64,000 nt of DNA from an uncultured Candidatus Binatia bacterium (lineage in GTDB: Bacteria; Desulfobacterota; Binatia; Bin18). The notes under the pieces are model-generated. The model saw only the letters and a list, made by a program, of their open reading frames with translations. It ran no database searches and was not told where the DNA came from. The translations under genes were made by a program, and so were the position numbers. Each line of letters starts with the position of its first letter. Position 1 is the stretch's first letter. This document shows positions 40,772-52,293 of the stretch, one piece after another. The DNA is taken from the NCBI GenBank assembly GCA_965214605.1, contig OZ243961.1, positions 1-64,000 of the forward strand, in the 5' to 3' direction.

Positions 40772-42484
40772 TTAACGGGTGGCCAACGGGCCGCGCAGCA
40801 GTTGGCCGGGGAGAGTACCGGTGTGCTCATTGTTGCGCAGGACGACCTCACCGTTGACAATGGTGGCCAGAAAGCCGTCGGCTTTTTGCTTCAGACGTCG
40901 GGCGCCAGCCGGCAGATCGTAGGTCAGGGTCGGCACTTGTGGTGCAACCCTCTCGGGATCAAAGATCACCACGTCTGCCTGCCAGCCCTCGCGCAACAGA
41001 CCGCGGCCGGTTAAGCCCCAGTGTGAGGCCGGCACAAAGCTGAGCTGCCGCACCGCTTCTTCTAAGCTCATCGCCTCCTGCTCTCGCACCCAGTAGCTCA
41101 GCAGGTGGGTTTGCAGCGACGAATCCATGATCTGTGACACGTGAGCGCCGGAGTCGGAGAAGGTGATGACCGAGCGGGGGTGGCGCATCATCTCCAGGAC
41201 GTGATCGTTGTTGGTGTTGGTCAAGGGCTGCATGAAGAAGCGTTTCAAGCCCTTTTCCAGGGCTAGGTCAATGTAGACTTCGATCGGATCGTGACCGCGT
41301 TCCTGGGCAATTTCCTGAAGCGACTGGTAGGGCGGGACGGCCCGGTCCATAATTGGAAAGAGCCACTTAAAATTAGCCGCCCGAGCCTCGGCACCAACCG
41401 CGCGGCTGCGGTCCTGAGGCGGGTTGTTGGCCGATTCAATCAGCTGACGGCGCAGGGCGGGATTGCGCAGGGCGGCTTCCTGCTCGGCGAGCGGCCGGCT
41501 GCGGATGTCGCGCCACACCGGCAGTTTGTCGAACGAGGTGGTGGTTTCAAACGACTGCAACACGCTGATAGAGCGGCTATGGACCTGCACGAAGATACGT
41601 CCCCCGGCTTCGGCCGTCTCGTCGGCCAGGGCAAAGAATGGCCGCCAGTAGTCGGGCGCTTTGGGGGCGCTGAACATTCCGTAGGTGACTGGGACGCCGC
41701 TCTCAACAGCGAGCGCTTTGAGGCGATCCAGGTAATCCTGGATGCGGTCCGGGTTCAGACCGGTGTCTTCGCCGGCAATTTCAAACACGCCGGTTCCCAT
41801 CTCGCCCATGGTGCCGACGAGCTGCCGAACTTCTTCCCAGCTCGCTAACCGACTGGCAACCGGTTGGCCGTCGGGGGTCTGATGGTTGCGCGTCCGCGAG
41901 GTGGTAAAGCCAATCGCGCCGGCTCGCATCGCAGCTCGAATTTCGTTCTTCATCGCCTCCAGGTCGCCGTCGCTGGCCTCGTCGGTAAAGGCGCGCTCAC
42001 CCATGATGTGGGTACGCAGCGCCGAGTGGCCCATGTAGGCGGCGTAGTTAATCCCCTTGGGCAGGCGCTCAACCGCGTCGAGGTATTCAGGGAAAGTCGT
42101 CCAGCTCCAGCGGATGCCGGCTTCCATAGCCTCGGGCGAGATGTCTTCGGCCCGCTCCAGGTTGCGCATCACCATGAGCTTTTTTTCCTCACTGCACGGG
42201 GCCAGCGAGAAACCGCAGTTGCCCATGACGACGCTGGTAATGCCGTGCCAGCACGAGCAAGTGCCAAGGGGATCCCAGAAGACCTGGGCGTCCATATGGG
42301 TGTGACCGTCGATGAACCCCGGGGTGACCACATAGCCCTCGGCGTCAATGACTTCCTTGGCACTGTCACGAATTTTTCCGATTGTCGCGATTTTTCCCGA
42401 GACAATCCCGACATCGGCCCGAAAGCGCGGCATGCCCGAGCCGTCAACAACGCGGCCATTGCGAATCACTAGGTCGTAGAGCAT
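40772..42484 (-). CDS. N-acyl-D-amino-acid deacylase family; close paralog of 17518-19227
   Basis: PGFIDGHTHMD, SDSGAH; long peptide stretches identical to the paralog. Confidence 0.9.
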   Translation of the reverse strand: MLYDLVIRNGRVVDGSGMPRFRADVGIVSGKIATIGKIRDSAKEVIDAEGYVVTPGFIDGHTHMDAQVFWDPLGTCSCWHGITSVVMGNCGFSLAPCSEEKKLMVMRNLERAEDISPEAMEAGIRWSWTTFPEYLDAVERLPKGINYAAYMGHSALRTHIMGERAFTDEASDGDLEAMKNEIRAAMRAGAIGFTTSRTRNHQTPDGQPVASRLASWEEVRQLVGTMGEMGTGVFEIAGEDTGLNPDRIQDYLDRLKALAVESGVPVTYGMFSAPKAPDYWRPFFALADETAEAGGRIFVQVHSRSISVLQSFETTTSFDKLPVWRDIRSRPLAEQEAALRNPALRRQLIESANNPPQDRSRAVGAEARAANFKWLFPIMDRAVPPYQSLQEIAQERGHDPIEVYIDLALEKGLKRFFMQPLTNTNNDHVLEMMRHPRSVITFSDSGAHVSQIMDSSLQTHLLSYWVREQEAMSLEEAVRQLSFVPASHWGLTGRGLLREGWQADVVIFDPERVAPQVPTLTYDLPAGARRLKQKADGFLATIVNGEVVLRNNEHTGTLPGQLLRGPLATR

Positions 42485-42506
42485 GGTTTTTCCCTCCTTA
42501 AGCCGC

Positions 42507-44249
42507 TCAGGCGCTTCGACTCAGGCCGTGGCGCAGCAGTTGGCCCGGCGTCGCTCCGGTGCAGTCGCCGTCCTTAAAGGTCAGCTGACCGTTGACGATA
42601 ATGGCGTGATACCCCTTGGCCCGCTGCACCCGGCGCCATTCTCCGCCGGGGAAGTCGTAGGAGATCTCACCGATCCAGTCCGGCTCAATGCCCAGACCGT
42701 GCAGGTCGTAGACTATGACATCGGCCGCCGCGCCCGGTTTGAGTACCCCACGATCACGGAAGCCCGCGGCCTTGGCCGGCAGGGCGGATAGCCGATAGTG
42801 GGCTTCTTCCAGGGTGATGCGCTGTTCGTCACGGACCAGCCAGTGCAAAAAGTCGGTGGTGAAGGCTCCGCCGGTAAAAAACTTGGTATGCGCGCCACCG
42901 TCTGACACGCCGGGGAAGGTGTAGTCAGAGTCGTTAATCATCTCGGCCATATACTGGGCGTTGAAGCCCTTGTTGGGGCCGAGGAACTCCACGTTGAGAT
43001 CGCTGGCCAGCGACAGGTCGAGCATCACGTCAATCGGTGTCTTGTTTTCTTCTTCGGCGATCTGGCCGAGTGATTTGCCGATGTATTTTTCGAGAGCGGT
43101 CTGATTGTTGACGCTCTGGACGAGTAGGCTGGGAATAGCCCCACCGACCCCGGCCTGAATGATCTGGAGGCGACGGTCGGCCTCCTCGGCCTCGCGTTTG
43201 ACGGCTTCGCGCAGGGCCGGGTTGCGTATCTTGTCCAGCTTTTCCTGCTTGGTGCCAGTCGTCAACTCGCGCCAGGCCGGACTGGCATCGTAGAGGTTCC
43301 AGTGTTCCAGAGTGAAGGCGAACCCGGTTCGGATCGTTCCGGTCTGACCATAGATGGGCAGACCCTGGGCTCGGCAGCGCTCCAGCCAATCCAGGCTACG
43401 GCGGTGCACTTTAGGGTCTTTACGGGCCGGGACAATGGCGTTGTGCAAGATCGGCCGTTTGGCTGTGGCAGCCAATTTTTCCAGGAAGCGCAGGTCGGCT
43501 TTGATATTGCCAGTGGCTTGGGTGATCTGGATGAAGCCGTCCCCGCGTTCGCTCAGCACCTCGCCCAGATTCAGGATATCGGCGTCAGCCATCGTATCGG
43601 TAACCATTGGCGAGCCGTCATAGTCGGCCTGGGTCGAGTCGGGGCCGAGGCGCTGAATGGAGAAGCCGCACAGGCCGGTGTCCATGCCCTCATGCAGCAG
43701 GCGCTTCATCTCCTGGCGTTCGTCCACAGTCGCCGGCCGGCTCTTGGCCGCCTCAAGACCCATGACGTAGGTCATCAGCGACGCGGTTGGCATGTACTGA
43801 ATACAATTCACTCCCTTGGGCGAGCGGTCCAAGGAGTCCAGATATTGGGGAATGGTTTCCCAGTCCCAGTTCATCCCCACTTTCATGGATTCGTAGGGAA
43901 TCGCCTCGGTCCGGGTCATGGTGAGCATGGAGCGTTCCCGAAAATTGGGTTTGACCGGGGCAAAGCCAAAGCCGCAATTGCCCAGCACCACCGAGGTCAC
44001 GCCGTGCCAGCCGGAGATGGTGCAGTAGGGGTCCCAGCGAATCTGGGCGTCGTAGTGGGTGTGCAGATCAATAAAACCGGGGGCGACAATCAGGCCGTCG
44101 GCATCGATGGTCTGCTTGGCAAAACCGGGGGCATCGGTGCCAATGTGGGCGATTTTTCCGTCTGTGATCCAGATATCGGCCCGCCGGCGTGGAGCCCGGC
44201 TGCCGTCAACTAGGGTGCCACCTGTGATGTGCAGATCGTATTCCGCCAT
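42507..44249 (-). CDS. N-acyl-D-amino-acid deacylase family amidohydrolase
   Basis: PGFIDLHTHYD, GNCG, SDGGAH. Confidence 0.9.
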   Translation of the reverse strand: MAEYDLHITGGTLVDGSRAPRRRADIWITDGKIAHIGTDAPGFAKQTIDADGLIVAPGFIDLHTHYDAQIRWDPYCTISGWHGVTSVVLGNCGFGFAPVKPNFRERSMLTMTRTEAIPYESMKVGMNWDWETIPQYLDSLDRSPKGVNCIQYMPTASLMTYVMGLEAAKSRPATVDERQEMKRLLHEGMDTGLCGFSIQRLGPDSTQADYDGSPMVTDTMADADILNLGEVLSERGDGFIQITQATGNIKADLRFLEKLAATAKRPILHNAIVPARKDPKVHRRSLDWLERCRAQGLPIYGQTGTIRTGFAFTLEHWNLYDASPAWRELTTGTKQEKLDKIRNPALREAVKREAEEADRRLQIIQAGVGGAIPSLLVQSVNNQTALEKYIGKSLGQIAEEENKTPIDVMLDLSLASDLNVEFLGPNKGFNAQYMAEMINDSDYTFPGVSDGGAHTKFFTGGAFTTDFLHWLVRDEQRITLEEAHYRLSALPAKAAGFRDRGVLKPGAAADVIVYDLHGLGIEPDWIGEISYDFPGGEWRRVQRAKGYHAIIVNGQLTFKDGDCTGATPGQLLRHGLSRSA

Positions 44250-46635
44250 GCTTCCCTCCTTACGGTACAGCGTGCTTAGAACCGTTCCGTTGGTACCTGA
44301 ACGATCATTCACCTATAGAATTCCCGACCAAAAGGCAAGTCGGGCTGCGCCTTTTCGCAGAAATACGCGGGCTTTCCCAGAGTCATCCGGCTTTCTGCCC
44401 ACGATGCTAGCGGTGGCTTGCCAAGCGCGCGCCATATCCCCCGCTACTTCCCTGTCTTCCATAACGTGGCTGCTCTTTCCGCAAGTCCACGAGCCTGTCC
44501 TGATGCGGGCAATTGCATCAGGCGGGGCGCATGACGATTGCCGGACACTTTCCGCTTCACGCCACGCTCGCCGAAGTCCACATGTGTCGACCCTGTACTG
44601 CTGTCCATATTCGGGAAGGTCGGCTACGCCCGACGGGATGAGGTACGGGAAGAATCTCACCTCCATATCCCCTACGGCGCCTTTGAGGGAGATCAGCGTT
44701 GTTCTATTAAGCCGGATGTCGAAGGGTGGACTCGGCAGGCGGCTCTCCGGAATCGCCGGAGATAACAGACTCGTACGCCGACCGATACGTTCCTAGGCGA
44801 TGCCGCTTCATCCTTGAGAATGCCAACTCGTCTTCCCAAAGCCCTCCTTCGCCGACTGGCCGGTCCTGATTGTGGCGGGAGGGTGGATAGGCAGAGATTG
44901 CCACATATCTCGCGCCACGTCGCAACCCAGGCGAAGGAAAAATCCGGATTCCGGTATGCCGTCCATCTTCAGGAAAGTCGCCCCAATATCAGCAGCGTTC
45001 GGTTCTCGACCTCGCCCGCGTACGTGTCAAAGGCGGACTGAATGACGAGACGGGTGTTGACGATTCCCTGATTGGTCCGCCACACCTCAATGGGAGAGGA
45101 CGACGGTGAAACACGACCTGATCGTTTCGGACACGAACGTCGTTCGACAGAGAAGCAGCGCATCCCAAGAGCATCGGTGCGCCCAGCCACAAAACGCACT
45201 CGGCCAACTTGGGCCGCCCACCGTGCTCGCCCGATAGCAACGACGGCCGCGCCGACCACCGCCGACGCGAAAAAGGCGTCTCGCGGTTTGTCGTCCGCCG
45301 TGCCAAGTGGCGGTATCAGCCAGAAGTTGCTAATGTTCCTCCTAACGACCGCTAGCTTTTGCCAACCCAGTTCTCCGCAGCCCGCGCACTGATACTGCCT
45401 AAGCATCGTTCCCCTCTGCTCTGCTCGCCAACGTTTAGTGCGGCCCGCTGACGAGCAATGCCTTGCTCCCCCACCAATAGTGAGTCTTTTCCCATGTGGA
45501 GCTCTGCGCCTCTGGATTCGGCCCGCAACTTGCCGTCCCACTGATTTGGACTTTTTTCCCCTTTCAAAACTTCTCAGAGATCTTGTCCCAGACGGCCCCG
45601 GCGCATGGCCGCCTGCGTTACAAGCAGCGGGCGGATGAGGAAGGCAGAGAAGTGAGCCGTACTCCCCGGAGCAGCGGGACTATGGACGGAATCGCAACAC
45701 GCGTCCACATCTTGATGTCCGGGCCGACTGTCGGCGACACAGGCTCCAAATACTTCCCGCTGCGTCCGGCAGCACCATATGAGGCCGGTCATAAGGCCGC
45801 CCTCAACGACGAGGCCGTTCTTCAAGCGCACCGATCAGAGTCCGGCCGACAGTCCGATGGCACAAGACGCCCGCCAGCAGCAAAGAGATGCTCAGGTGTA
45901 GACCGCCGCACCATACAACAGCACACCATGGTGGACGGTCCGAAGCAGAGGCCGGAGATGGGGCCGGATTCTTCAGATATGAAGCGGAGTCGGGGGAAGT
46001 GCTGCCCTCCCGGCACTTCTGCAATACGTCTGTCCGTCTGCACAGCCTTGACGAGCATCACGCTCGCGGTCTCCGCCATCGTGGGACACCGCAGCGCAGC
46101 GGGTGCCGGACGCCTTGAACCTCTACAGGGCGTGGTTGAAATTGCTGACGGGCGAGCAGAACAGCAGCTTCCCGGCTCCGGACAAGACTACCGGGCCGAG
46201 GTCATACAATATCTCCGCAGTCTTGACGCCTTTTGAAAACCTGTTTCCCCGAACACGAAGTCCTCACCGCCGCGTCGCTTCTCGGAGGAGGGTCCGGGTA
46301 ACCCCGGATCGTGCTCACTCCCTCCATCTTCAAGATGAGGAGGCGCCTTTGGACGGTCTCAATGCCCGCGTGCCGTAGCCTGCCCGCCGCTTGTGATCCA
46401 TGCCTCCCGCGTCCACGGCTTTGACCAGAGCGGTCACGGCTGCCGTTGTCCAGCCTCGGTGATCGTGTTCCGCCCCAAGAATCCGCAGGCCTGGCCGACG
46501 CAGTGAGCGAGAGACCTCTCCTTAGTTGTGGCAGAGGAGCGGTATGGACCAGCTCAGGTGCGGAGGAGGAAGTATGGGGTTTGGGTACAGCAGACTCTTT
46601 GATATGAGTGTCAGGCCAAAAGAAGGGAGGTCTTT

Positions 46636-47883
46636 ATGACCGATACGCCAAGCCCGACCGGCGGAGCAACATCCTTGGCCAGCCCGGTTGAGTTCAATCC
46701 CTTTGTGCCCGAGTTCCGGGAGAATCCCTACCGCTTCTACCGGCAATTACGTCAGGTTGATCCAGTGCACTGGAGCGACGCCTTCAACTTTTGGGTGCTG
46801 ACCCGCTATGCCGACTGCGTGCGCGTCTTGCGTCATTCCCAGGCCAGCGCCAATCCTCGCGACTGGGAGCGTTATAATGATTATATCGAAGCCATCGGCG
46901 GGGCAGGGGCGGCTGTCGATATGGAGCAACAATGGATGCTGCTCAGAAACCCGCCCGATCATACCCGGCTGCGCAAACTGGTGACCAAGGCGTTCACTCC
47001 GCGGGTGGTGGAGAGGATGCGGCCCCATATCCAGACGATTGTTGACGATCTGCTGGACCGGGCAGCGGCCAAGGGGAGCTGCGACATTATTCGCGAGCTG
47101 GCCTTTCCGCTGCCGGTCATTGTGATTGCCGAACTCATTGGCGTGCCGCTTGAAGACCGGGATCAGTTCAAAGACTGGACCGGGACGCTGGCCCGCTCAA
47201 TCGATCCGGTCGTCACGCCCGAAATCGTGCAGGCCGCCAACAGCGCGACCGAGTCCTTTATGGCATATTTTACCCGCCTGATCGCTGAGCGGCGGGCCAG
47301 GCCGCGGCAGGATATGCTCAGTGCCCTGATTGCCGTCGAAGAGGCCGGCGACCGGCTCAGTGAAGAGGAACTGTTGTCCAATATCATTCTCCTGTTTGCG
47401 GCTGGCCACGAGACGACGATGAATCTGATCGGCAACGGGCTGCTGGCCCTGTTGCGGCATCCAGACCAGTTGGCCAGACTTAGGGCGGACCCCGACCTCA
47501 TTCGGACCGCGGTTGAGGAGTTCTTACGCTACGATGGATCGGTGCAGATAACGGCCCGCGTTGCGCTCGACAAGCTCGAAATTGGCGGCAAGCGTATTCA
47601 GCAGAACCAACAGATCTTGATCGTGCTCGGCGCCGCCAACCATGACCCGGCGCAGTTTGCCGATCCTGACCGACTCGACATCACCCGCGAGGACAACCCG
47701 CATATCACCTTCGGCCATGGTATCCACCATTGTTTGGGTGCACCGCTAGCGCGGGTTGAAGCCCAGGTGGCGATCAATACTCTGCTGAGACGGATGCCTC
47801 GTCTGCGGCTGGCAAGAGACCAGGTTGAGTGGCGCGAAATGGTGACGCTGCGCGGGCTCAGAGAACTGGTCGTCACCTTCTGA
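46636..47883 (+). CDS. cytochrome P450
   Basis: AGHETT, EEFLR, FGHGIHHCLG heme motif. Confidence 0.95.
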   Translation: MTDTPSPTGGATSLASPVEFNPFVPEFRENPYRFYRQLRQVDPVHWSDAFNFWVLTRYADCVRVLRHSQASANPRDWERYNDYIEAIGGAGAAVDMEQQWMLLRNPPDHTRLRKLVTKAFTPRVVERMRPHIQTIVDDLLDRAAAKGSCDIIRELAFPLPVIVIAELIGVPLEDRDQFKDWTGTLARSIDPVVTPEIVQAANSATESFMAYFTRLIAERRARPRQDMLSALIAVEEAGDRLSEEELLSNIILLFAAGHETTMNLIGNGLLALLRHPDQLARLRADPDLIRTAVEEFLRYDGSVQITARVALDKLEIGGKRIQQNQQILIVLGAANHDPAQFADPDRLDITREDNPHITFGHGIHHCLGAPLARVEAQVAINTLLRRMPRLRLARDQVEWREMVTLRGLRELVVTF

Positions 47884-48934
47884 CGAAGGCGTCTTCCTTC
47901 ACGGGAGCCGTTGAAACCAGTTCTCCCCTCTCGTTATAGATGGTATCGCCTAGCGCGAAACTGGCTTCAATAAACTTCTTGGCGTAGGCCCCACAGGTAA
48001 TCGGCGGTTTTTTGACCGGATTGTCCGGCCCGCAACACGTCGGCAGGCAGTCAATAACGGTGTCGGACGCGGGTTGGAAGAAAAACGGAATTGAGTAACG
48101 GTGCGTGCCCGAGGTGTTGACCACCCGATGCGGGGTAGACAGTACCCGGCCGTTTGACCAGCGGGCCAACAGGTCGCCCGAGTTGACCACAAAGGCGTCC
48201 GGAATCAGCGGGGCTTTGATCCAGCGGCCGGACTGAGTCAGAATCTCCAAGCCGGGCTGCTCTGAGGTGGCTAACAGGGTGATGAATGAGCCGTCAGTGT
48301 GGGGGCAGATGTTGAACTGATTATCGTCAAGCGGGTCGGGCGGCATATGGGACACGCGTAGGACGTTCAAACAGCGCCCTTTGGGAAATTTGTCGGCAAA
48401 GAAATTCTCCGGCAGCCCCAACGCCTGGGCGTACAGCGGCAGCATGCGCAGGCTCAGGTCCTCTGTGGCCTCAAAGAACTCTTGCATAGCGGCTTGAAAT
48501 TCGGGTTGACCCGCAGGCCATTGGTTGCGGCTGTGGGGCAGGCATGTCCCCCAGTCGCGCTGGAGGAGAAAGGCTTCGCTCAGGTCCGGTTTTTTGGTCC
48601 CAGTATAATAGCGGGAGTTTTTGCCGAACTCGCCCCTCTGCGGGATATAGCCCAGCCCGGCCCGGTTGATCTTGAGCGTCATTTTTGCTTCCAACGGCAG
48701 CGCGTAGAAACGGGTGGTGGCCTTGACCGTCCGCTCGCGCACGGCTTTGGCAATCCCGTGATTAATAATGAAGAAGAAACCGATACGTTCGAGCGCATAG
48801 CACATCTCGGCCGCAGTCGTCTCGGCTGCCCCGGGTCTGGCCCTCAGATAGGGGCCGAGATCAATGACCGGAATCTCTTCGTCGGTCACCGCATAGTCGT
48901 GTTGGAGTTGGCGCTTCTGCCGGGATGTCTGCAT
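47873..48934 (-). CDS. isopenicillin N synthase-family 2OG-Fe(II) oxygenase
   Basis: IPVIDL, HTD, HRV, RYS. Confidence 0.9.
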   Translation of the reverse strand: MQTSRQKRQLQHDYAVTDEEIPVIDLGPYLRARPGAAETTAAEMCYALERIGFFFIINHGIAKAVRERTVKATTRFYALPLEAKMTLKINRAGLGYIPQRGEFGKNSRYYTGTKKPDLSEAFLLQRDWGTCLPHSRNQWPAGQPEFQAAMQEFFEATEDLSLRMLPLYAQALGLPENFFADKFPKGRCLNVLRVSHMPPDPLDDNQFNICPHTDGSFITLLATSEQPGLEILTQSGRWIKAPLIPDAFVVNSGDLLARWSNGRVLSTPHRVVNTSGTHRYSIPFFFQPASDTVIDCLPTCCGPDNPVKKPPITCGAYAKKFIEASFALGDTIYNERGELVSTAPVKEDAFVRR

Positions 48935-49058
48935 GCGGATCTCCTTCACCCTTCCGGCTTTGTAGCACAGTCCGCTAGCAGCCCGCTAGCCCAACATGAT
49001 ATGGGGGCAGGGGAGTCTGAGACTTGGCCTGACCGTACAGAGCGGGGGTGGAATACGC

Positions 49059-51134
49059 ATGGCCGTCTACAACCTTGGGATTGACGTCGGTGGGACCTTC
49101 ACTGATCTGGTGTGCGCCGATCAAACGGGTCATATTGAGACCCTCAAGGTTTTGTCCACCGCTGAAAACCAGGCCATTGGCGTCCTCAGTGGGATTGAGA
49201 AATTGGCGGCCAAGTATGGACTCGACAGCCCGCAGCTGCTGAGCCAAATCTCAACCATTGTGCACGGCACGACTGTTGCCACCAACACGATGTTGGAATA
49301 CACCGGGGCACATACCGGGTTGATCACCACGGCCGGATTCCGCGACATCATCGAGATCCGGCGCAACTACAAAGAGACCGCTTTTGATATTCGGCTACCT
49401 GCCCCACACCCCATTGTCCCGCGCCGGCGTCGGTTGGGCGTCACCGAACGGATTGACGCAGCCGGGGTCATTGTCAAACCACTCGTCGAGGACGAGGTCC
49501 GGGCTGCGGTCCGGCGTTTGGCCGACATGCAGGTGGAGGCAATCGCCGTTGCCTATCTGTTTTCGTTCGTCAACCCGGTGCATGAGCTGCGCACGCGCGA
49601 CATCATTCGTGAGATCTGCCCCGACGTGTATATCAGCCTGTCGTCTGAAATCTTGCCCCAAGTCCGAGAGTTCGAGCGCCTCAGTACCACTCTGGTTGAC
49701 GCCTATGTGACCCCCCGGCTGCGGGTCTACCTGCAGCGGCTGGAAAAAGAACTCCGGGCGCGCGGATTTCAGGGTCAGCTCTTCATTATGCATGGCAACG
49801 GCGGGATAGCCGGTATACGGCAGGCCAGTCGGCACGGCGTCCAAGCTCTGCTGTCCGGACCGGCCAGCGGTGTTGTCGCAGGAGCCCGGCTTGGTCAGGG
49901 TTCAGGGTTTCGTAATGTCATTACCGTTGATATGGGCGGGACGAGCTTTGATGTGTGTCTGGTCCAAGACGGACGGCCCAAGATCGGTACCGATCAGTGG
50001 ATTAGCCGCTATCGGGTCGCGGTCCCGTTTATCGATATTCACACCATTGGGGCCGGGGGCGGCAGCATTGCCTGGGTCGATGAGGGCGGTGCCCTGCGTG
50101 TCGGCCCACGCAGTGCTCGGGCGCATCCAGGGCCGGCCTGCTACGGATTTGGTGGACAAGAGCCCACGGTCACCGATGCCGACGTGGTCTTGGGCTACCT
50201 CAATCCCGATTCTTTTCTGGGCGGAGAGATGCGGCTCAATGCGGCGGCCGCCGAGCGGGCGATTCTCACCAAAATTGCCCAACCGCTCGACATGTCTCTC
50301 CTCGAAGCGGCGAGTGGGATCTTTCGGATCGTGAATAACAGCATGAGCAACAGCGTGCGCCAGGTCTCCCTGGCCAAGGGCTATGACCCGCGCGATTTTG
50401 CGCTCACGGCGTTTGGCGGGGCTGGAGCAGTCCACGCAGGGGCGCTGGTCGATGCTCTCGGCATTCGGACGATTGTTGTCCCCAAAAGTACCGCCCCGGT
50501 GCTGTGCGCGCTGGGCGACCTGTTGTCCGACCTGCGGGTAAGCCGGGTGCGAAGTTTTTATGCGCGCGGCAGTGAGCTTGATCTCGCTGAGCTAAATACG
50601 CTTTTCGAGCGGATACAAGCCGAAGCCGAGGAAGCACTCGGTGGTCAGCGCTCCCGATTGCACGCCGTCTTGGCCCGGTTCTCCCTAGACATGCGCTATG
50701 TCGGACAGACTCATGAGGTCACGGTCGAGGTGCCGAGCCCAGACGGCCGGGTCGGGCCGGCTGAGCTGGCTGCCGCGATTGACGGCTTCCACAGTCTTCA
50801 CCAACAGTTGTATACCTTCAACAAGCCACACGACGAGGTTGAGATCCTGAGCGTCCATTTGGACTTGGTCGGCGTCCGTCCCAAACCGCACTTCCAAACC
50901 GCCCGATTCGGGCCCGCTGACCCACGGGCGGCCTCCACAGGCCGACGGCCGGTATATTTTGTTTCTGCCCTCGACTATGTAGACACCGACATCTATGACG
51001 GCGATCGGGTCGTGGCGGGGAATGTGATCGAGGGACCGGCGGTGATTGAAGAGCAACAAACCTCAATTGTGATTTTGCCGGGCCAACGCGCTAAGCTCAA
51101 CGAACACCTCAGCTACCTTATTGAGGTCTTATAA
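49059..51134 (+). CDS. hydantoinase A/oxoprolinase ATPase subunit
   Basis: DVGGTFTD, HGTT, SGPASG, DMGGTS. Confidence 0.93.
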   Translation: MAVYNLGIDVGGTFTDLVCADQTGHIETLKVLSTAENQAIGVLSGIEKLAAKYGLDSPQLLSQISTIVHGTTVATNTMLEYTGAHTGLITTAGFRDIIEIRRNYKETAFDIRLPAPHPIVPRRRRLGVTERIDAAGVIVKPLVEDEVRAAVRRLADMQVEAIAVAYLFSFVNPVHELRTRDIIREICPDVYISLSSEILPQVREFERLSTTLVDAYVTPRLRVYLQRLEKELRARGFQGQLFIMHGNGGIAGIRQASRHGVQALLSGPASGVVAGARLGQGSGFRNVITVDMGGTSFDVCLVQDGRPKIGTDQWISRYRVAVPFIDIHTIGAGGGSIAWVDEGGALRVGPRSARAHPGPACYGFGGQEPTVTDADVVLGYLNPDSFLGGEMRLNAAAAERAILTKIAQPLDMSLLEAASGIFRIVNNSMSNSVRQVSLAKGYDPRDFALTAFGGAGAVHAGALVDALGIRTIVVPKSTAPVLCALGDLLSDLRVSRVRSFYARGSELDLAELNTLFERIQAEAEEALGGQRSRLHAVLARFSLDMRYVGQTHEVTVEVPSPDGRVGPAELAAAIDGFHSLHQQLYTFNKPHDEVEILSVHLDLVGVRPKPHFQTARFGPADPRAASTGRRPVYFVSALDYVDTDIYDGDRVVAGNVIEGPAVIEEQQTSIVILPGQRAKLNEHLSYLIEVL

Positions 51135-51135
51135 G

Positions 51136-52293
51136 ATGACGACTGATCAGAGGCGGCGACAGACTGTTGCAGCGGGGCTCGTCGCGCTCCTTCAGCGTAC
51201 CCGTCCCAAGCTCCTCCGTTCGCTGGCTTCTCTGGCCCTGATCGATCGACGTCACATTGCCTGCGCTCTCACTACGGCCGACGGACAGGTCGTCACCATC
51301 GACAACCCGGCCCGCCTCGGCATCCTCGGTGCGGTCACCCGCGCGGTGTTAGCCTATTTCGGAGACAGGCTGGCACAGGGTGATATTGTCCTGACCAACG
51401 ATCCTTTTTCCGGCGGCAGCCACGTGCAAGATGTGGCGCTGCTCAAGCCCTTATTTGTCGGTGGCCGTCTGCTCGGCTATGCCACGCTTCAGGTCCCGCT
51501 CGCCGATATCGGCGGGAGCGCTCTGGGCGGCTATTTCCCTCGGGCCCGAGAAATCTGGGCCGAAGGCGTACGAGTCACGCCGATACGCCTGTACCGTGGC
51601 GGGGTGTTACAGCGGGATGTGCTGACTATGCTGACGCTCAACAGCCGCCTCCCGCATCTCATCGAAAAAGACCTAGACGTGCTAGTCAGTGCCTTGGAGT
51701 CATGCCAGAATGAGGTGGTCGGCCTGGTCTCCGAGCGTACTGCTGAGGCCTACGGTCAGGCGCTGCAAGACATTCTGACCAACACCGAAGGGCTAGTGCG
51801 GGCCGCGATCCGTACAATCGCCCCTGGGGAGTGGCAGGCCGAAAGTGAGCCGGTCCATTCGTGTTTGGAAGACAGCGAGTTTCGGGCTGTGCTCAAGCTG
51901 TCGGTTGCCGACGAAACGATCCGTCTCGACTTCAGCGGCAGCTCGGCCGCGGCCAAAGGGTTCGTGAACAGCACGCCAGCAACGGTCACGGCCGCGGTCC
52001 TCCTGCCTCTGACGGCCCTGTGGGCAGCAATTCCGGCAAATGACGGGCTGCTGCGTCCCCTGTCTTTTGTTATTCCAGAGCTCAGTTTTTTGCACGCCAA
52101 GCTCCCCATGTCAGTCGGGTGGTCTCCCTACCAGCCAAGTTTAGCCGTCGGACAGGTGGTGAATAAGGTCCTACAGCAGGCCCGGGCGGGACAAATTCCT
52201 GGCAGGCGGCTAGAGGCCGCGTTTGCCCCGCCGGCGCTGCCGTTTCGTATTATAGGCTGTGGCCGTCCGGGCTGTCCGTTTCCGCGGTTGTAA
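51136..52293 (+). CDS. short, degenerate hydantoinase B-like protein
   Basis: NDPF.GGSH..D and EGVRVTP retained; HxxD motif reads PLAD; C-terminal ~200 aa missing. Confidence 0.8.
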   Translation: MTTDQRRRQTVAAGLVALLQRTRPKLLRSLASLALIDRRHIACALTTADGQVVTIDNPARLGILGAVTRAVLAYFGDRLAQGDIVLTNDPFSGGSHVQDVALLKPLFVGGRLLGYATLQVPLADIGGSALGGYFPRAREIWAEGVRVTPIRLYRGGVLQRDVLTMLTLNSRLPHLIEKDLDVLVSALESCQNEVVGLVSERTAEAYGQALQDILTNTEGLVRAAIRTIAPGEWQAESEPVHSCLEDSEFRAVLKLSVADETIRLDFSGSSAAAKGFVNSTPATVTAAVLLPLTALWAAIPANDGLLRPLSFVIPELSFLHAKLPMSVGWSPYQPSLAVGQVVNKVLQQARAGQIPGRRLEAAFAPPALPFRIIGCGRPGCPFPRL

